Source of the DNA: the human T2T-CHM13v2.0 reference genome, Homo sapiens
Direction: 5' to 3' (one strand)
Length of the DNA: 64,000 nt
NCBI RefSeq assembly: GCF_009914755.1
Contig: NC_060934.1
How positions within the stretch are numbered: the stretch's first letter is position 1; every line of letters begins with the position of its first letter. The notes under the pieces are model-generated. The model saw only the letters and a program-made list of their open reading frames with translations, did no database searches and was not told the origin of the DNA. The position numbers were made by a program, and so were the translations under genes. Below are positions 25,826-50,391 of this stretch, in pieces.

Positions 25826-27287
25826 TTGACACTTTTGAAGTATTAATAATCACCCTGGGAAAATATGTATAAACCATATGGTGACTCTAGCTAAGGACAA
25901 TGAATGAGAGCTCTGTGTGCAATCTCTGTGTGCCACCTGTCTTTACATCTTCTCTAAGGAGCTTAAGCAATAGCCTACCCAGCCAAGAATTCTGTGGCCA
26001 CTGGTGGCCCTAGGGACCACGTGTATTGGTACTCTCAGCTCTCCTTGGCTCTTCTGCTCCCAAATTCCCTATGTCATTTGGGATTCTACTTCCCAAATAG
26101 GACCTCCTTTTTTGTAATGAGCTTTAAAGATTTACTCTACTCTGACATACATTGGACCTCTGCCTAATCATCGGATTTCCATTCCTTCCTTCCTTCCTTC
26201 CTTCCTTCATTCTTTCATTCTTCCATCAGTCAATTATGTAGTCTCTACTGGTACCAGGCAGTCGGGCAGTGTAGCAGCTGAGGAATACAGATGGATAAGT
26301 TACGTTTTCTTCCCTCAAGAAATTCACTTTCTATTAAGAAGATCGACATTTTAAATAGAAGGCAGTGAAGACACTTCCGAGCTAGAAGTATGTATTGGGT
26401 ACAAGAAGGCCCAAAAAAGGGGGAGGTCGGCTTTTCCTGAAGGTGGGACTTTCCCCATGCCCACCTCTGGACATTCCAGAGAGATTGATAGGACCTAATT
26501 TGGCATCCCACAAGAGGAGAGGAGAATGCTTTCTCTGTCTTTGGTTGCCTCTCCCATTCCCATGCTCCTCTCCCATTTGGTGGCTGCTCTTAAGTGGCCT
26601 CTCACTCCCCCCAGCACACTGGGACGCTGCCACTGACTGGCATCTCTGGAGCCTCTTTCCTGGAGGCTCAGATTCCCATCCTCTGGGTGTTGTCTGGCCC
26701 TTTTCTTCCTAAGTGCATTGTGTTCTTGCCCATTTTCCTGCCCACTTACAAAGGCTTATACGGTTAAGCCCTTTGCCCAAGGTCACAGCTGGTTAGTAAC
26801 AAAAGCCAGGCTAGAACCTGGGTTCAACCCTCAAAGTGAAGTCCTTCTGAGCTTCCAATGAAGGGTTTTATTTTCCTAACAAACTGCCTTGTAACCTGAA
26901 GAGGTGAACCCCAGCCAATCTCAGACCCACTTTTTTTTTTTTTTTTTGCTAATTTAGCTGCACCTTGGCCATTCCAGGGGTGGCAGAGTTCATAAGCAGT
27001 AAGTAAATGATTAGTAACCCCCCCACCCCACCAAGGGTGCAGGTCAAGATCTCAGCACAAAGATCAGGTTGGAACTTCTGATCTCTCCCAGCCTGTCTGG
27101 GTAATCCCAGTCCCCCTGCCATACAGTTTGGGACCCATCTGACAATGGAGTTTCCAAGACTGGGCAGAAGGAGCAATGGGATTTGGTTCTCCCATGATAT
27201 AGAAGAAAAAGTTCACACTTCGATAATTCAGAGTCAGAAAAGCTTAGGGGTTAAAAACCTGGATTTGAAAGGCCAACAGATCTGGAT

Positions 27288-31170
<3,883 letters not shown>

Positions 31171-34100
31171 TAAAGTACATAAACAGTGCCTGAAACCCAA
31201 GGCACTCACTAAAAAATATTTGTGTGAACATAATATAGACCTCTCACCACACACACATACAGTAGTAGTCTTGGTACCTAAGCACTTAGCTTAAAACATT
31301 TATATAGTGTGGACTTAGTGTCAGTATTGATACTGCATTTATGCCTTGGTTTTCTTATCTTTAGGGTAGTGATACTATCTGACTTACTGCACTGAATAGC
31401 TGGAATAAAACTGAAAAATATGCCCATTTGTAATTGCCTCTTCGACATTCAACCATAACTTATGTATGTAGTTTCTCTTACTAGACTGCAAGCTCCCTGG
31501 GAACAAGAACGAATCATTGGTTTCTCTGTAGAGAGAAGTGGAATGGAGCCTAGGGCTCTGTGTATGTGAGTGGAAAGAATCATTCACAAGCCCCACATTC
31601 TACTTGGAGCAGTCCCCAAGCTGGGAGCTGCCTCCAGCCAAGCCCACTATCCCCTTTCAGTTGCTACTTTCGCTGACTTTACACAGGTCAAGTGTAATCA
31701 CCACCCAAGTTTACTTCACATTTGTCTTGAAGATAGTGTCCTAAGCTTCTTAACCCAGGCCCCAGTCACGAATGGCAGCCAGAGGCCTGGCCTTGAGCTG
31801 CTGAGATGTTGAGGAAGTGAGCAGGGACCAGCAGGGTCTCTCTCTAACTGCGGCACAGAGCCAGTTCTTGGTGCCAGCCCCGGAGGATGGTCATTCTGGG
31901 AAGCCTGAGCTTGGGGGCTGCAGGTGAAAGGCCAGTCAGAGAGCCCGCAGCATCAGAATAAGCTCCCGGCCTTAGCACCAGCAAAATGACCCCTTCTCAG
32001 AATCCAAAGCTGCTGCCCACTCAGCAGTAGCACAGGGAGGCCTCTGCCCCTGGGACCCATCCCAACCACCTCTCTTTGCCCTCATCCCCAGTTGGCTTAA
32101 TTCCAAGGATCCTCCTAGATGGATTGGGATTCTCAGTCGGCCTTCAGAGCCACGCCAGGGCCACATAACAGCTCAGCGAAGCACATTGATGCAGCAAAAT
32201 TTGGTGGGTCAGCGCTGGAGGGCCTGGAGCTGCTCTGCAGCAGAAGTTTCCCTGTTAGATCCCTGGAAACCTCAAAGGCCATACCCCCTCTGAGACACCT
32301 TCTAACCTGCATCTGTATCCTTGGAGGCAGGCAGGGAAGGGGTTGAGCTTAAGATAATCTACTCAGCCTGCTGAGGGCTTCCTCTGAGGGCTCTGGGCTG
32401 CCTAGGAAAAGGGGAAAAGGGGAAAAGGAATTCTTCAAACAACAACCCTCATAGCAAGTACTGAGTGGATGCTGTGCCCAGCACTGTTTTGACTACTGGG
32501 TGTGCTTTCTTGTTGGCCTTCCACCTATAAGTAGGCACTATTGTGAATCCCATTTTACACATGAGGAGACTGAGTCCTAGAGAGGTGAAAAAACTTTCCC
32601 AAGGTCACAAGGATCCCAGCTAGACAAATGACCACTCCTAGCCTTTGTCTCACATAATGGCTTGAAGGGGAAGAAAGAATTTATTTTGAAATTAACCACG
32701 GTTCTTGGGCTCTTCTGCAGGATTTCAAGTGTGCAGAATGCGGCCTGGCAGAAGGTGCATGAGTACTTCAGAGTGCAAAAGCCCTGGGTTCAGGTCCAAA
32801 GTCAGCCACTGCCTAGCTCTAGCGCTTCAGGCAAAGTGCTTCAGTCAAATGGGGCTAGTAGTTCTGACCTTGCAGGGCTATTGTGAGGATCAGAATAACA
32901 CACTCAGCATGCCTGGCAGCTGGTGGGTGCTCAGTACATGGTCACCATGGCTATTCCTCTCCTCTGCCCTCCCTTGGCTGAGCGGGTGCAGGCCCCCATT
33001 GCTGCTGGCGGCCCCATGACTGACTGCTCCAGCAGCCCATTGGAGTAAGTGGAAGCAGCTGGGAGAGGGGTCGGGGGAAGAGGGGAAGGGAGGGGACAGC
33101 TTGAGAGCTTGAGTGACTGCAGCCCTGAGGGCCTCACAGGGGATATAGGCCCTAGCCACAGGTGCACCAATTACTCTCCCCTCAAAGAAAGCCTGGGGTT
33201 CACTTCTCCCCCACCCCCGTTTTCCCACTCTGCTCAGCCCTGACCTTTCTGCAGAAGGCGGTGGCAGCTCCGCAGCACCAGTCCGCTGGCTGGTCGTTTG
33301 TCTTCAGGTTTCACAGCCTCCCTGAGGCTCCCAGTGCTTTGCAAGTTTTCCCTCCCTTTCCCAGCCACTTCCCAGTTAGCCTGGGAGCCTCTTAGTGGCA
33401 GCTCGGGTTTCATTCCTGGGAGCTTTGTTCCAAATGGAAGTTTCTGGTTGGGATAATCCCTGGGTGTGAGTGGTCAGTGCAGGAAGAGTCAGGAGCCTCT
33501 CTGGGAGGCAGTGGGAACAACCCCACTAGTCCAGGTGCTCTGAGAGGGAGCAGAGCTGGGCTCCTTGTCCTGGAAGCACCTTCCCATCGAGGCCCAGGGG
33601 CTGACCCTGGGCAGCCGGCCTGGAGCCCACCCATCTCTTCTCTGGTAGGTCCTGGCTATCATCCTCTCCTGGATGCCCAAGAGAGTTCTGAAGGGTTCAG
33701 ACCCTTCATCTCCTTTACCACCTGCTGCAGTTGAGATACCAGGCACAAGAAGCTGAAGGGACCCCAATCCCTGAGGCATCCAAAGCAAATATTGTTTAAG
33801 TCTATTTTATAAAACAGGCTTCCATACAGGTTTTGCTCAGGAAAAAAGTTTCTGTTGCTAAAAAAAATTTTTAAGCAAATAATCTAATTCAAACCTTTTA
33901 CTTTCCAGATGAGGAAATTAAGGTTCAGAAAAGACAAGTTTCCCGGAGGATCCTACAGCAATTCCATTCTCGTCTGTCTTCTCTGTGAAGGCGCTTGTGA
34001 GCCACGCAAGCACAGTGCCTGGTGCTAACCCACGTGTTACCTGCGCCATGTTGTGTAGTAGACTCAGGTTCACTACTCTGGGAAGCCCAATACATGGGCC

Positions 34101-37100
34101 AGCCTGAAGGCAGGGACCTTGCCACATCCACCCTGCTCTCTCCAGTAATTCAATACTCAGTGTGCATGGAATTCAACTGGGACTGAGCCAAGTGGAGCTG
34201 AACTCCAGCAGAACCAGCCCAGGGTCCTGTCTTCCACCAGTTTTCAGCTGCCTAAAAACCAGCCATGGCCAGCACACTCAGCATTCCTGCCCCCATCCCC
34301 TAAACCCCAGCGTCTTCACACAAACCCTGCTCTTCCTGTCTCAGCCTTCCCCACTCCTCATCAGGAAGGCCTGTCTAACCATGGCCATCTGCTACATGGG
34401 AGGCCTTAGGAGTCAGGGATCTATCCAACCTGTGCACCATTGCTTCCCAACACTCTACTGCCTGGCATGTAGGAAGTGCTCAGTAAACCCTTCGTGAATC
34501 AACGCAAGGCACTAGGGAAAGGAAAGCCTTCGCATTTGGCTAGAGGAAAGGTCAGAGCCTTGAATGTCAGCTGTGTTCTCAGTGCTTCTCTCTTGTTCTG
34601 TTTTTCCCAACTCCAGCAACTCAGGCTTGACTTTTCGCCAATTTGCCTGGGCTTATTTGGAGTGAGAGGGGTGGGAGGCAAAGCCAGGCCTGAGGGACAG
34701 AGAGGCAAGAACGTGCACACTGGCCCCCGGGATAAGCAGGGAAACCATCCCCTTGCAGCCACCACATCATCCGTCCATCTCAGTTCTCCCAGGCCTTCAG
34801 GGGCCGGGGCCTTTGGCAGCCACACCTGCTTGGATGAGTGGAAGGGATGGGGAGAGGCCAGCCAGTCTCGGTGTGCATGAGGGACCTTGCCCAGCCTCTT
34901 TCCCAGCCTCCTGGCTGCCTTAGGCCCTCGGCTGCCAGAGCTGTTTCCCCAGGGAAGCAGCCTCCTTACAGACTCTGCTCCTCGGTGGCTCTCTGATGAT
35001 GCCACTGTGCAAACCTGGGCTCCCAGGGACTTGGCTCAGGTGGCCCACCCCGTCTCCCAGATTCCTTCCCGGCAGTAGCCACCATCACTGTTAGGAAGCA
35101 TTGTTAAGGTACCCGCTGGACACTCGACACACTCATTTTAACTCAGTCCTGGCAACTCCTATGGTGGAGTGATTCCCTGTTGTGCAGGTGAGGAAGTGGG
35201 GGCTGGGAGAGGTGAGCTGACTTGCCCCGATTAAATGACCAGGCAGTGACAGAGCCAGGGTTCAAGCTCAGGGCTGCTGGACTCCAAAGCCCTTGCCCCT
35301 CACCCTCACACCAAGCCACTTCTGATTTCTGGCTGTCCCTGTGGCCATTCCTCTGACTTCCTTCTCTGACTCTGCTGAGGCCTGGAGGATGCCACAGCAG
35401 TGTCAGAGCAAATGCCAGGGGTGGGGGGGAGTGAAAACAAGGAAAATCCCCTTTGCTTTCCATTCCCTCTGTCTACCTACCCCGCTGGTCTGATGAAAGT
35501 GCCCAGATGGGGGCCTGCTTCCTGGGGCCGGGTTCTTGCACAGGGCCTGCCACCGATACCAGACTCTCTCATCCCTCACACACTCGTACACACTCATACC
35601 AGGGTTGCCCAGGCCAAAATAGCAACTTTAAACACCACCTGCTTAGGCTCTGACCGCCCCCCACACTCAGCACAAAGCTGTGGCTTTAGCCATTTGGTCA
35701 CTCGGCTCACCTTGTCGTCAAGCTCTTTTTCCCAGAGCCCCATCTACCCATCACACCTCATTTAAGGACACCCCTAGCAGCCACCCTCCCTCCCTGGGCT
35801 GCTCTCATCCCTTCTCAGGAACCCCCTCTGCCACTCAGCTCAGGAGCCCCCACCCCCAGCACCCCAGGGAAGATAAGACCTGCCTTAAGGGAAGTGGCTG
35901 GAACTTGAGCCCAAGGTAGAGAAGTCAGCCCAAACCCTCAGAAGCCTAAGCCCCAGCGTCCTGCTGACCTGGCCTGTTCTATCAGAACTGAGATCAGGCA
36001 GCTCCTACATGGTGTATTACCCAGGATGAATGTTTTATGAGTTTGCTCTTCATTACCAAGGGCTCCTTGCAGAGGGCGGGAGGGGGAGGGTATAGAAAAA
36101 GCCCAGGGAGAGACTGGGCAGGGAGATGGGTTGGAAGAGCATGGGGTGGCCCAGGTGTCTTTATGATGGGACAGGGGGCAGTTCTTTGTGAAGAAATATT
36201 CTGCAGGACTTGGTGATATTTGTCATATTGAGATGATTGAATGTCAGAAGCTAGAAACAGGGAAGAGTCCAAGAAGGTGGTTTTGGAATCTGGGTTTTCG
36301 GGGGGCTGCATGTATGGGGGCAGAGGGACAGCTGGAATTGGGTGTTGGCCCAGGCCACCCCTACCCTCTGAAGTCACCGACCAGTCCTCTAGGAAGTTGG
36401 CCTGGGTCTCAGGACCACAGTGCTGTGGCTGCTGCAGGCTTTGCTATTCTGCCACTCTCGGGTCCCAAGCCAGGCATCTTCCGGACCTATGGGGTCAAGG
36501 GAATGCGAGGCAGCACACTGGCCAGAGCTCTATTCAGGCTTCTCTGTGCTCCCTGAATGCCATGCCCAGGCCTGGGCCCTTGTTCTGAGCACCTCCAGCC
36601 AGGCCCTTACCTACAGCCCATCTGAGTCTTCATGACTGGGGGACCTGGCCATATCTCCAAATGCCAATGGTGGGGACCTTGGTCAGCAGGGCAGAATGCT
36701 GACTGTCCTCCCCCAGTACCCACTGCTCCATACACGGCCAGGGAAGGAATGGCAGGAAACGCTCCCCAAACCCACCCAGGGGCTGCAGCCAGTTCCACTA
36801 TTGCCAAGAGAGGGGCTAGGGAGGGAGCTAGACCGCAGAGGGAGCCGGAGCCTCGCTCAGGGCCTGCCAGCAGGGAGGGGGTGGGTTTTGCATGAGGGGT
36901 CAGCTCTGGGGCCTGCCCAGATGGACAGTTACTTCTTGAGGGTCAGCAAGAGATCCAGATGGGGAAGGGGGCAACCAAAGGGACCTATTGGCACAACCCT
37001 CCACGGCAACATGGGACTTGGGGATCCCCCTGGAGTTCCTGCCAGCTCCCCATCTGTCTTGCTACCACTTACTCCTCCTCTCTCCTCTGCTCTCTCTGGC

Positions 37101-37666
37101 TCTTAATTCCCCTTCACTCTCTCCTGTGAAGTCCTCTGGTTGCTACGGAAACCTGATGGCGATGAAGAAAGCAGAATTTGGGGAGGTTCTGAGATGTCCA
37201 GACCAATAGGCCCTGCCTAGATGTCTGCCTGTCCAGGTTTTGGAGACATTTGTTGCAGCTTGAGAAAATGATGGGGGGCCTGTGCCAGACAGCCTTGGAC
37301 CTTTTTCAGTAAGCAGTGCATGTCGGATGGGCGAAGAGAAGTCACCCATCCCAGGACCATCCTCAGGTCTCCCTGCCCTTCAGACATTTCCTAACGCCTG
37401 ACCCATGGCCTGGATACAGAGGACTCCCAGCCTGCCTTCTCCGCAGCTGCCTCAGAACCTGCTCTATGTGGATTGCTTGCACAAATGCTTGCTGAACACC
37501 CACCATGTGCTGGGCACCATTATAGGCACTGGGCTTTCATCAATGAGCGATTCAAACAAAGTTCCTGCTCTCCTGGGAGGTAAGGGTAGAGTAGACCAAA
37601 AGCAAGTAAATAAAAAAACAGGATAAGATCAGACAGTGATAAGTGTAACGTAGAAAATAAAGCACA

Positions 37667-38260
37667 GGCCGGGCACAGTGGCTCACGCCTGTAATCCCAG
37701 CACTTTGGGAGGCCGAGGCAGGTGGATCACCTGAGGTCAGGAGTTTGAGACCAGCCTGGCCAATATGGTGAAACCTCATCTCTACTAAAAATACAAAAAA
37801 AAAAAAAATTAGCCAAACGTGGTGGCACCTGCCTGTAGTCCCAGCACTTTGGGAGGCTGAGGCGGGCGGATCATTTGCGATCTGGAATTCGAGACCAGCC
37901 TGACCAACATGGTGAGATTCTGTCTCTAATAAAAGTACAAAAAAAACCCAAAAAATTAGCCGGGTATGGTGGCGCCTGCCTGTAGTCCCAGCACTTTGGG
38001 AGGCTGAGGCGGGCAGATCATTTGAAGTCTGGAATTTGAGACCAGCCTGACCAACATGGTGAACTTCTGTCTCTAATAAAAGTACAAAAAAAAATTAGCC
38101 GGGTGGGGTGGCGCCTGCCTGTAGTCCTAGCTACTCAGGAGGCTGAGGCACGAGAAACGCTTGAACCCGGGAGGCGGAGGTTGCAGTGAGCCAAGATCAT
38201 GTCACTGCACTCCAACCTGGGCGACAAAGCAAGATTCCATCCCCCCGCCCCTCAAAAAAA
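37667..38260 (+). mobile_element. Tetrameric Alu (three left-arm units plus a right arm)
   Basis: Three successive cccagcactttgggagg...gagaccagcctg units precede the right arm. Confidence 0.88.
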
Positions 38261-38949
38261 GGCAGACAGTGAGAGCGGAGAGACCCACATCACGCAGTCG
38301 GCCAGCCAGTGATTTGGAGGAAAGACATTCCAAGTGGCAAGAACAGCAAGTGCAAAGGCTCTGAGGCTCCCTGGGCTTGTTAGAGAAGCTGGAGGAAGTG
38401 TGTCCAGGGAGCAGCAGGCAAGAGGGAGGGCGGGAAGGAGTGGAGTTCCACAGGCAGAGCATGCAGAGGCTTGTGCTGGCCTGAAAATGAGTTTGAATTC
38501 AAGTGTAGGTATGGTGGGAGTAACACAATCAGATTTGCGTCTTGAAAATTCTGGCTTCTGAGTGCAGAATGGATTGTAGGGGGATAAGACAGGAACCAGG
38601 AAGAGCAATTGAGGTTGGGGGTGGGTACTGCCATAAACCAGACAAGAACTGATGATGGCTTGGAGCAGGGTGGTAGCAGTAGATAGGTAGATAGGGTGGG
38701 TGGTGGATGGATTGGACTGGAGAGATGTTCTGGAGGGCAAGCCAGCAGGAACTGCTGATGAGAGGCAAGGGTGATGCTCCCAGGTTAAACCAGCCCCGTT
38801 TTTTGGCCACCTCCTCTCAGCCCTGGGGTTGAGTGGGGGGTAAGGAGTAGGGAGGCAGGATGACATGAAACTTTTCCCTAGCCCCAGGTAAAGCTCCGGA
38901 CTCAGAATCCTTCTGTCCTTCCCCTAGGTCATCAGGCCACAGCACTCTC

Positions 38950-40410
<1,461 letters not shown>

Positions 40411-43326
40411 ATTAGGGAAAGACCTGCAGCCTGCAGGAGGCAGCCTGGATCTGGGAGGGGAGACCCAATTTCTAGGACAGCACCAGCTTTACCCTAGCCA
40501 TGGGTCGTCTGGGCTGCAGTTGTCATCTGTGGAGGGTGGGGAACTCCTGAGGCCCTTTGTAGCAGCAACATTCTAGAATGATGCTTGACCCTGGCCTCAC
40601 CTGCTTCCATTTGGCTGAGGGAGGAAGGGAGGGGTAGAGGCGGGACCTGGTGCTGTGGAAAGAGAGAACTCTTGCTCATTCTTTCTAGTCAAGACCCAAG
40701 TGGACTCTTTGCTGGCTTTGAAAGGAAAGGCATTTCTGGTTTGTACTTGGCAGGACTCTGAGAGCCCTAGGTGAGGAAGGAATGAGCCAGAGGGTGCAGC
40801 CCCAGCTGCTGAGTGGGCACAAGTAGACGCCTGGCCACTGGGCCTGGGTTCCTCCTCATGGAGACCGTCCTTCTGGGGCGTCATGGGGAGGAGGCAGGAG
40901 GAGAATTGAAGTGAGGACTGGGGAGAGGGAAGGCTGGAGAGGGCCTAGTGTGTGGGTCGGCTGGGCTCACACGCAGGCCCTCAGTGGGTGTGCACGGTCA
41001 AGCCTTGAAGCAGCCCTCAGCCCGCCCCTAGGCCCTCGCAGCCAGCACCAACTCTGGGACGGAGTGGCAGGGGGCCTTTTGGCTGAGAGAAGCCCAGTCC
41101 TCCTCCATTTTCTGGGCCTTGCAACAGCTCCCTGCTTGTTTTCCCCGAAATAAATGGGCTGAGCATATTGGGCCGGCAATAACCCCTTGAAATCAGTTGT
41201 TATCACAGTTAACAACCAGTTTGGCTTCAGTTCAGGCTGTTAACTATCAAACCACTAAGTGCCGGTAATGATTGATTCTTGGCCAGTTGCAGCTTGAGTG
41301 GGCTGTAAAACCCCGTTAGTGAGGGCTCTGTGGAGGCAGCGGCTCAAAGATAAACAAGTTGATGGGTGCTCTAGCCTGGCCTAGCCCCAGTGCTCTGGGC
41401 GCAGCTCCCATGGGTCCCTGGCCTGGGGTCCTACTGGGAGTCAACCTCTTCCCAAAGCTGCAGGCAACCTCAAGGACCAGGTCCCACCCTTCTGTCCCCC
41501 TCCACCTCACCTTTCCCTATTCAGGTGTCTCTTTCTAGAAGGCAGGTCTGGCTCTCTGGAGAGCTCCCTTCTTCTTCCAAGATGTAAACATGGCACAATC
41601 CCATTGCCACCACCCTGGAGGACTCAGGCCTCCCCAACCTGGGGGCATGAGGATTAGCTTTAGCCAGTGACCAGCCTCGGCCCAGCCTGGCCCCACGTTG
41701 TGGCCAGGATCACAGGCAGAGAGCCTGACATTCCACCCCCTGCCCCAGACTCCCTCCTACTCAGTGCCTTCCCCCAGGAATTGCTCTCAAACAAATGAAA
41801 TGTGGGTAATTACTGGGCTAGGGGCTGGACAGGAGACCGTGCAGATGAAAGCGTTTCCTGGACGGTCCCTTCATTTGCATGGCATCAGAAGCTGCTCAGA
41901 AGGTGTGACTTTTCCCACAGTGAGACCCCAGCTCCTTGCACAATAAAGCCAGGCTGCTTACCCAGAATTAATTAAAGGGGGAAGGGAGCAGAGGAGGAGG
42001 CGCTAAGAGCTGGGGGAACTGGAAGAGAGACATCTAGGGCCCCTTCGCTACATCCAGTGTCTACGCACCAGCAGAAACCCACTCTCTCCAGAGCCCCTCA
42101 CCGCCTGTGGCAGGCCACGAGAGGTGGCTGGACAGGCCAGCCTTTACTGCCGGGCTTCCCACTAAGCCTCGAAATTCCTGATCTGCCGGGGTGGGCTAAA
42201 CCTGGGACTTGGGCCTGAAACTGTGGGAGGAAGCCTTGGGTTGCTCCCTACCCCAGGAGATGCCAATGGACAGAGTCCTAGAGGAGCGAGGTTTCTAGAC
42301 TGGCTCAGTAGCTGGGCTGTGGGACCAGCCCAGGGCATCCACAAGGAAGGAAGCAGGAGCAGCCCTAATGGGAGGCCTCAGCGATGAAGCCTGGGCCAGC
42401 TCTGCACTCAGGAAACTGCCGTGGGGCCTGGGCTCTCCCTCGGTGTGGCAGGACACCAGTCTCACCAGTCCACACGCAAACACACACCTGCACCCTTGCC
42501 CATTCCCTTCTCTGCCCACACCATGACCTGCTCCACCACTCCCACAGCAGCCCTCCCTCCCTCCACATACGGCCTCCTGCTTCTCCCCAAGGCTATGACT
42601 GCCTTTAGTTCTGCGCTAGGCCTATGAGCTTCCCTTCTGGTGCCATCCGGTGCCCAGCTCCTCTCCCGCCAGGCCCATCCTCCGAGGTGGGCAGCCTCTT
42701 CCTGGAAGACAGTTCCCCAGGCTCCTCACCGCACCTCAGCTCAGTGCTTTCTGCCCACAGCTATCTCACCATATCACCCAAGGTTAACACTTGTCCCACA
42801 TCACCATTGTCAACACCAGTCTTGGTGGTCCCCCTCCAATATGCCCCCACCTTGGACCCTGGCAGCTGCTCTTTTCTTTCATTTTCTGGAGCCTGAGTCT
42901 CAGAAAGAGCAAGTTCTGGAATCTCCAACCTGTCTCCCACATGGACCTAGGCACTCAGAGAAGCACTTTTTAAGAGGATTAAATCCATGATTACAGCTCT
43001 AGCCCTAGCACATCCATTATTTCTGGCCCTGAGGTGGCCTGGGGAAGTGTTAGCAATGACCTCTGTAAAGTGCTAGGAGGTACACATCTGAGAGCTCCAA
43101 GGACTAGCTAAGAGCCTCTTCTTGCCCCTTTCCCTGCTTCTGTCCTTGCAGGAAAACCCCTCAAGTGACAGTGATGGGGATGGTTGACAGGCAGGTGTCT
43201 TTAGGCTGGAGGGAGGCTGTGGTCAGAGCTGGCACCTGGTCATCTGCGTCTCCCAGCCGCCCACCAGCTGGGGCAAGGTTGGAGGGAGGGGCTGACCCCG
43301 GCAGGACTCACTCTCCAGCACACATT

Positions 43327-43365
43327 TTTAATATGCAAGTTAAATAAATATTTCAATCATTTAAT
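43327..43365 (-). terminator. Candidate FGF8 polyadenylation signals (two ATTAAA) in an AU-rich patch
   Basis: TTTAAT on + at 43327-43332 and 43360-43365; I saw no canonical AATAAA between the stop codon and here. Confidence 0.5.
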
Positions 43366-43825
43366 AGCCACCAGTCTGATACCCACTTCTAAGAGGACTG
43401 CCCTATGTCACAGTCCTTTCCTCCCTGCCCCACCTGGGGGTGCAGTGGAGTCCCTGGCTGCCCAGCCAACTGGCCCTGGAGGTACTGGGGCCTCAGCAGC
43501 ACAGGCTAGAGAAAGCCCCCCACCCCCGCAAACCCCCAGCCGGAATCCCAGTCTAGGCCACTAATGGAGCTTTCTGAGAGTTAAGAAGACAGACACCACA
43601 GCCAAGTGGAATACAAAAATAGAGCCTCTCTTTTGTTTTAAAAAAAAAAAAAAAAAAAAAACAGCAAAAACCCAACAGCAAACAATATCAACAACCGGAA
43701 CCCAGGGCTCCCCCAGCACCTCCCCAGCCTGCAGAGCAGCGCACAGCTCATCTTGCTTGAGTTTTGGGTGCCCTACAGGATGAGCCTCTCTGCGGTCTGG
43801 CATTGTGGGGAGGGCCAGGCAGCAC

Positions 43826-49397
<5,572 letters not shown>

Positions 49398-50350
49398 GGC
49401 GCGCGGCCCCGGGGCACCGAGAGCCCGGCGGGTCACGCCGTCCCGCGGGCCGCCGCGGGAGGACGCGCTGAGCAGGGCGCGAGCGGAGAGGGTGCGGGTG
49501 CGGGAGGCCGGCGGCGATCACGACGCGGCTCCGCGGGTCCCGTGGAACGTCGTGCTCGCCGCGCCGCACCGAATCGCTGTGCGCCGCTGCCGGAGCCGGT
49601 GGCCGCTGGCTGCTCGGGAGCCGGAGCGGGCGGGAGGGTCACGGGCTGGCGGGGTGGGTGGGGAGGTGGGAGGGCGGGGAGGGGTGGGGGCGGGGGGCGC
49701 CGCACCGGGCGCGAGGGGGGAGCGCGGGGCGGGCGGCGGGAGCCCGCAGCCCCCGGCTGGGAACTGGGGCCTGGATGCAGCCCGGGGCGGGGGCGGGGCG
49801 GCCGGGGAGGGGCGGCCGACGGGTTCGGGATTGAGGGTCTGGGCTAGGGGAGGGGTCTGGGGACCCGCGGGAGGGGCGGGGGCGGCCGGTCTGGGCGCCT
49901 CCCCCTATCCCCGGCCTGTCCCCTCGCGCGCTCCCCGGGCCCGGACGCGCGGGGATGGGGGCGCCTAGGGCTGCAAACTCTGCGGGCCGGGAGACCCCGA
50001 GCCTGGGCTTCCCCGACCGCCTGGAGCGCCCGAGTCTGGCGGGTCTGGGTCTCCGCCTCCGGGCCCAGCCGCTTCCGCCGCCGGCTACGCAGTGGTCTCC
50101 GAGCCACCTACTGTGTGTCCCGCCGGGCCCCTGGGAGCGGCCGCTAACCATGCAGCGAATGGCTGCGCACCCGGCCCTCGCGCAGTGCGTGCCGGTGCCA
50201 CCCGGACCCCGCTCCCCTGTTTCGGCCGCGTGCCCCGTCCTGTCGGTCTCTCCAGTCTCCTTCACTCTCCCGAGGAGGCCCTGGGAGCCAGAAATGCCTC
50301 CCCCTCCCCCCATCCCATTATCACTATCACCCCTTCCCCTGTGCCCCTCA

Positions 50351-50351
<1 letters not shown>

Positions 50352-50388
<37 letters not shown>
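50352..50388 (+). repeat. (CA)18 microsatellite upstream of FGF8
   Basis: Perfect CA run. Confidence 0.97.

Positions 50389-50391
<3 letters not shown>

Noticed and set aside
38252-38866. 204-aa minus-strand ORF
   Set aside because: Lies in degenerate L2-like sequence; no domain or splice context.
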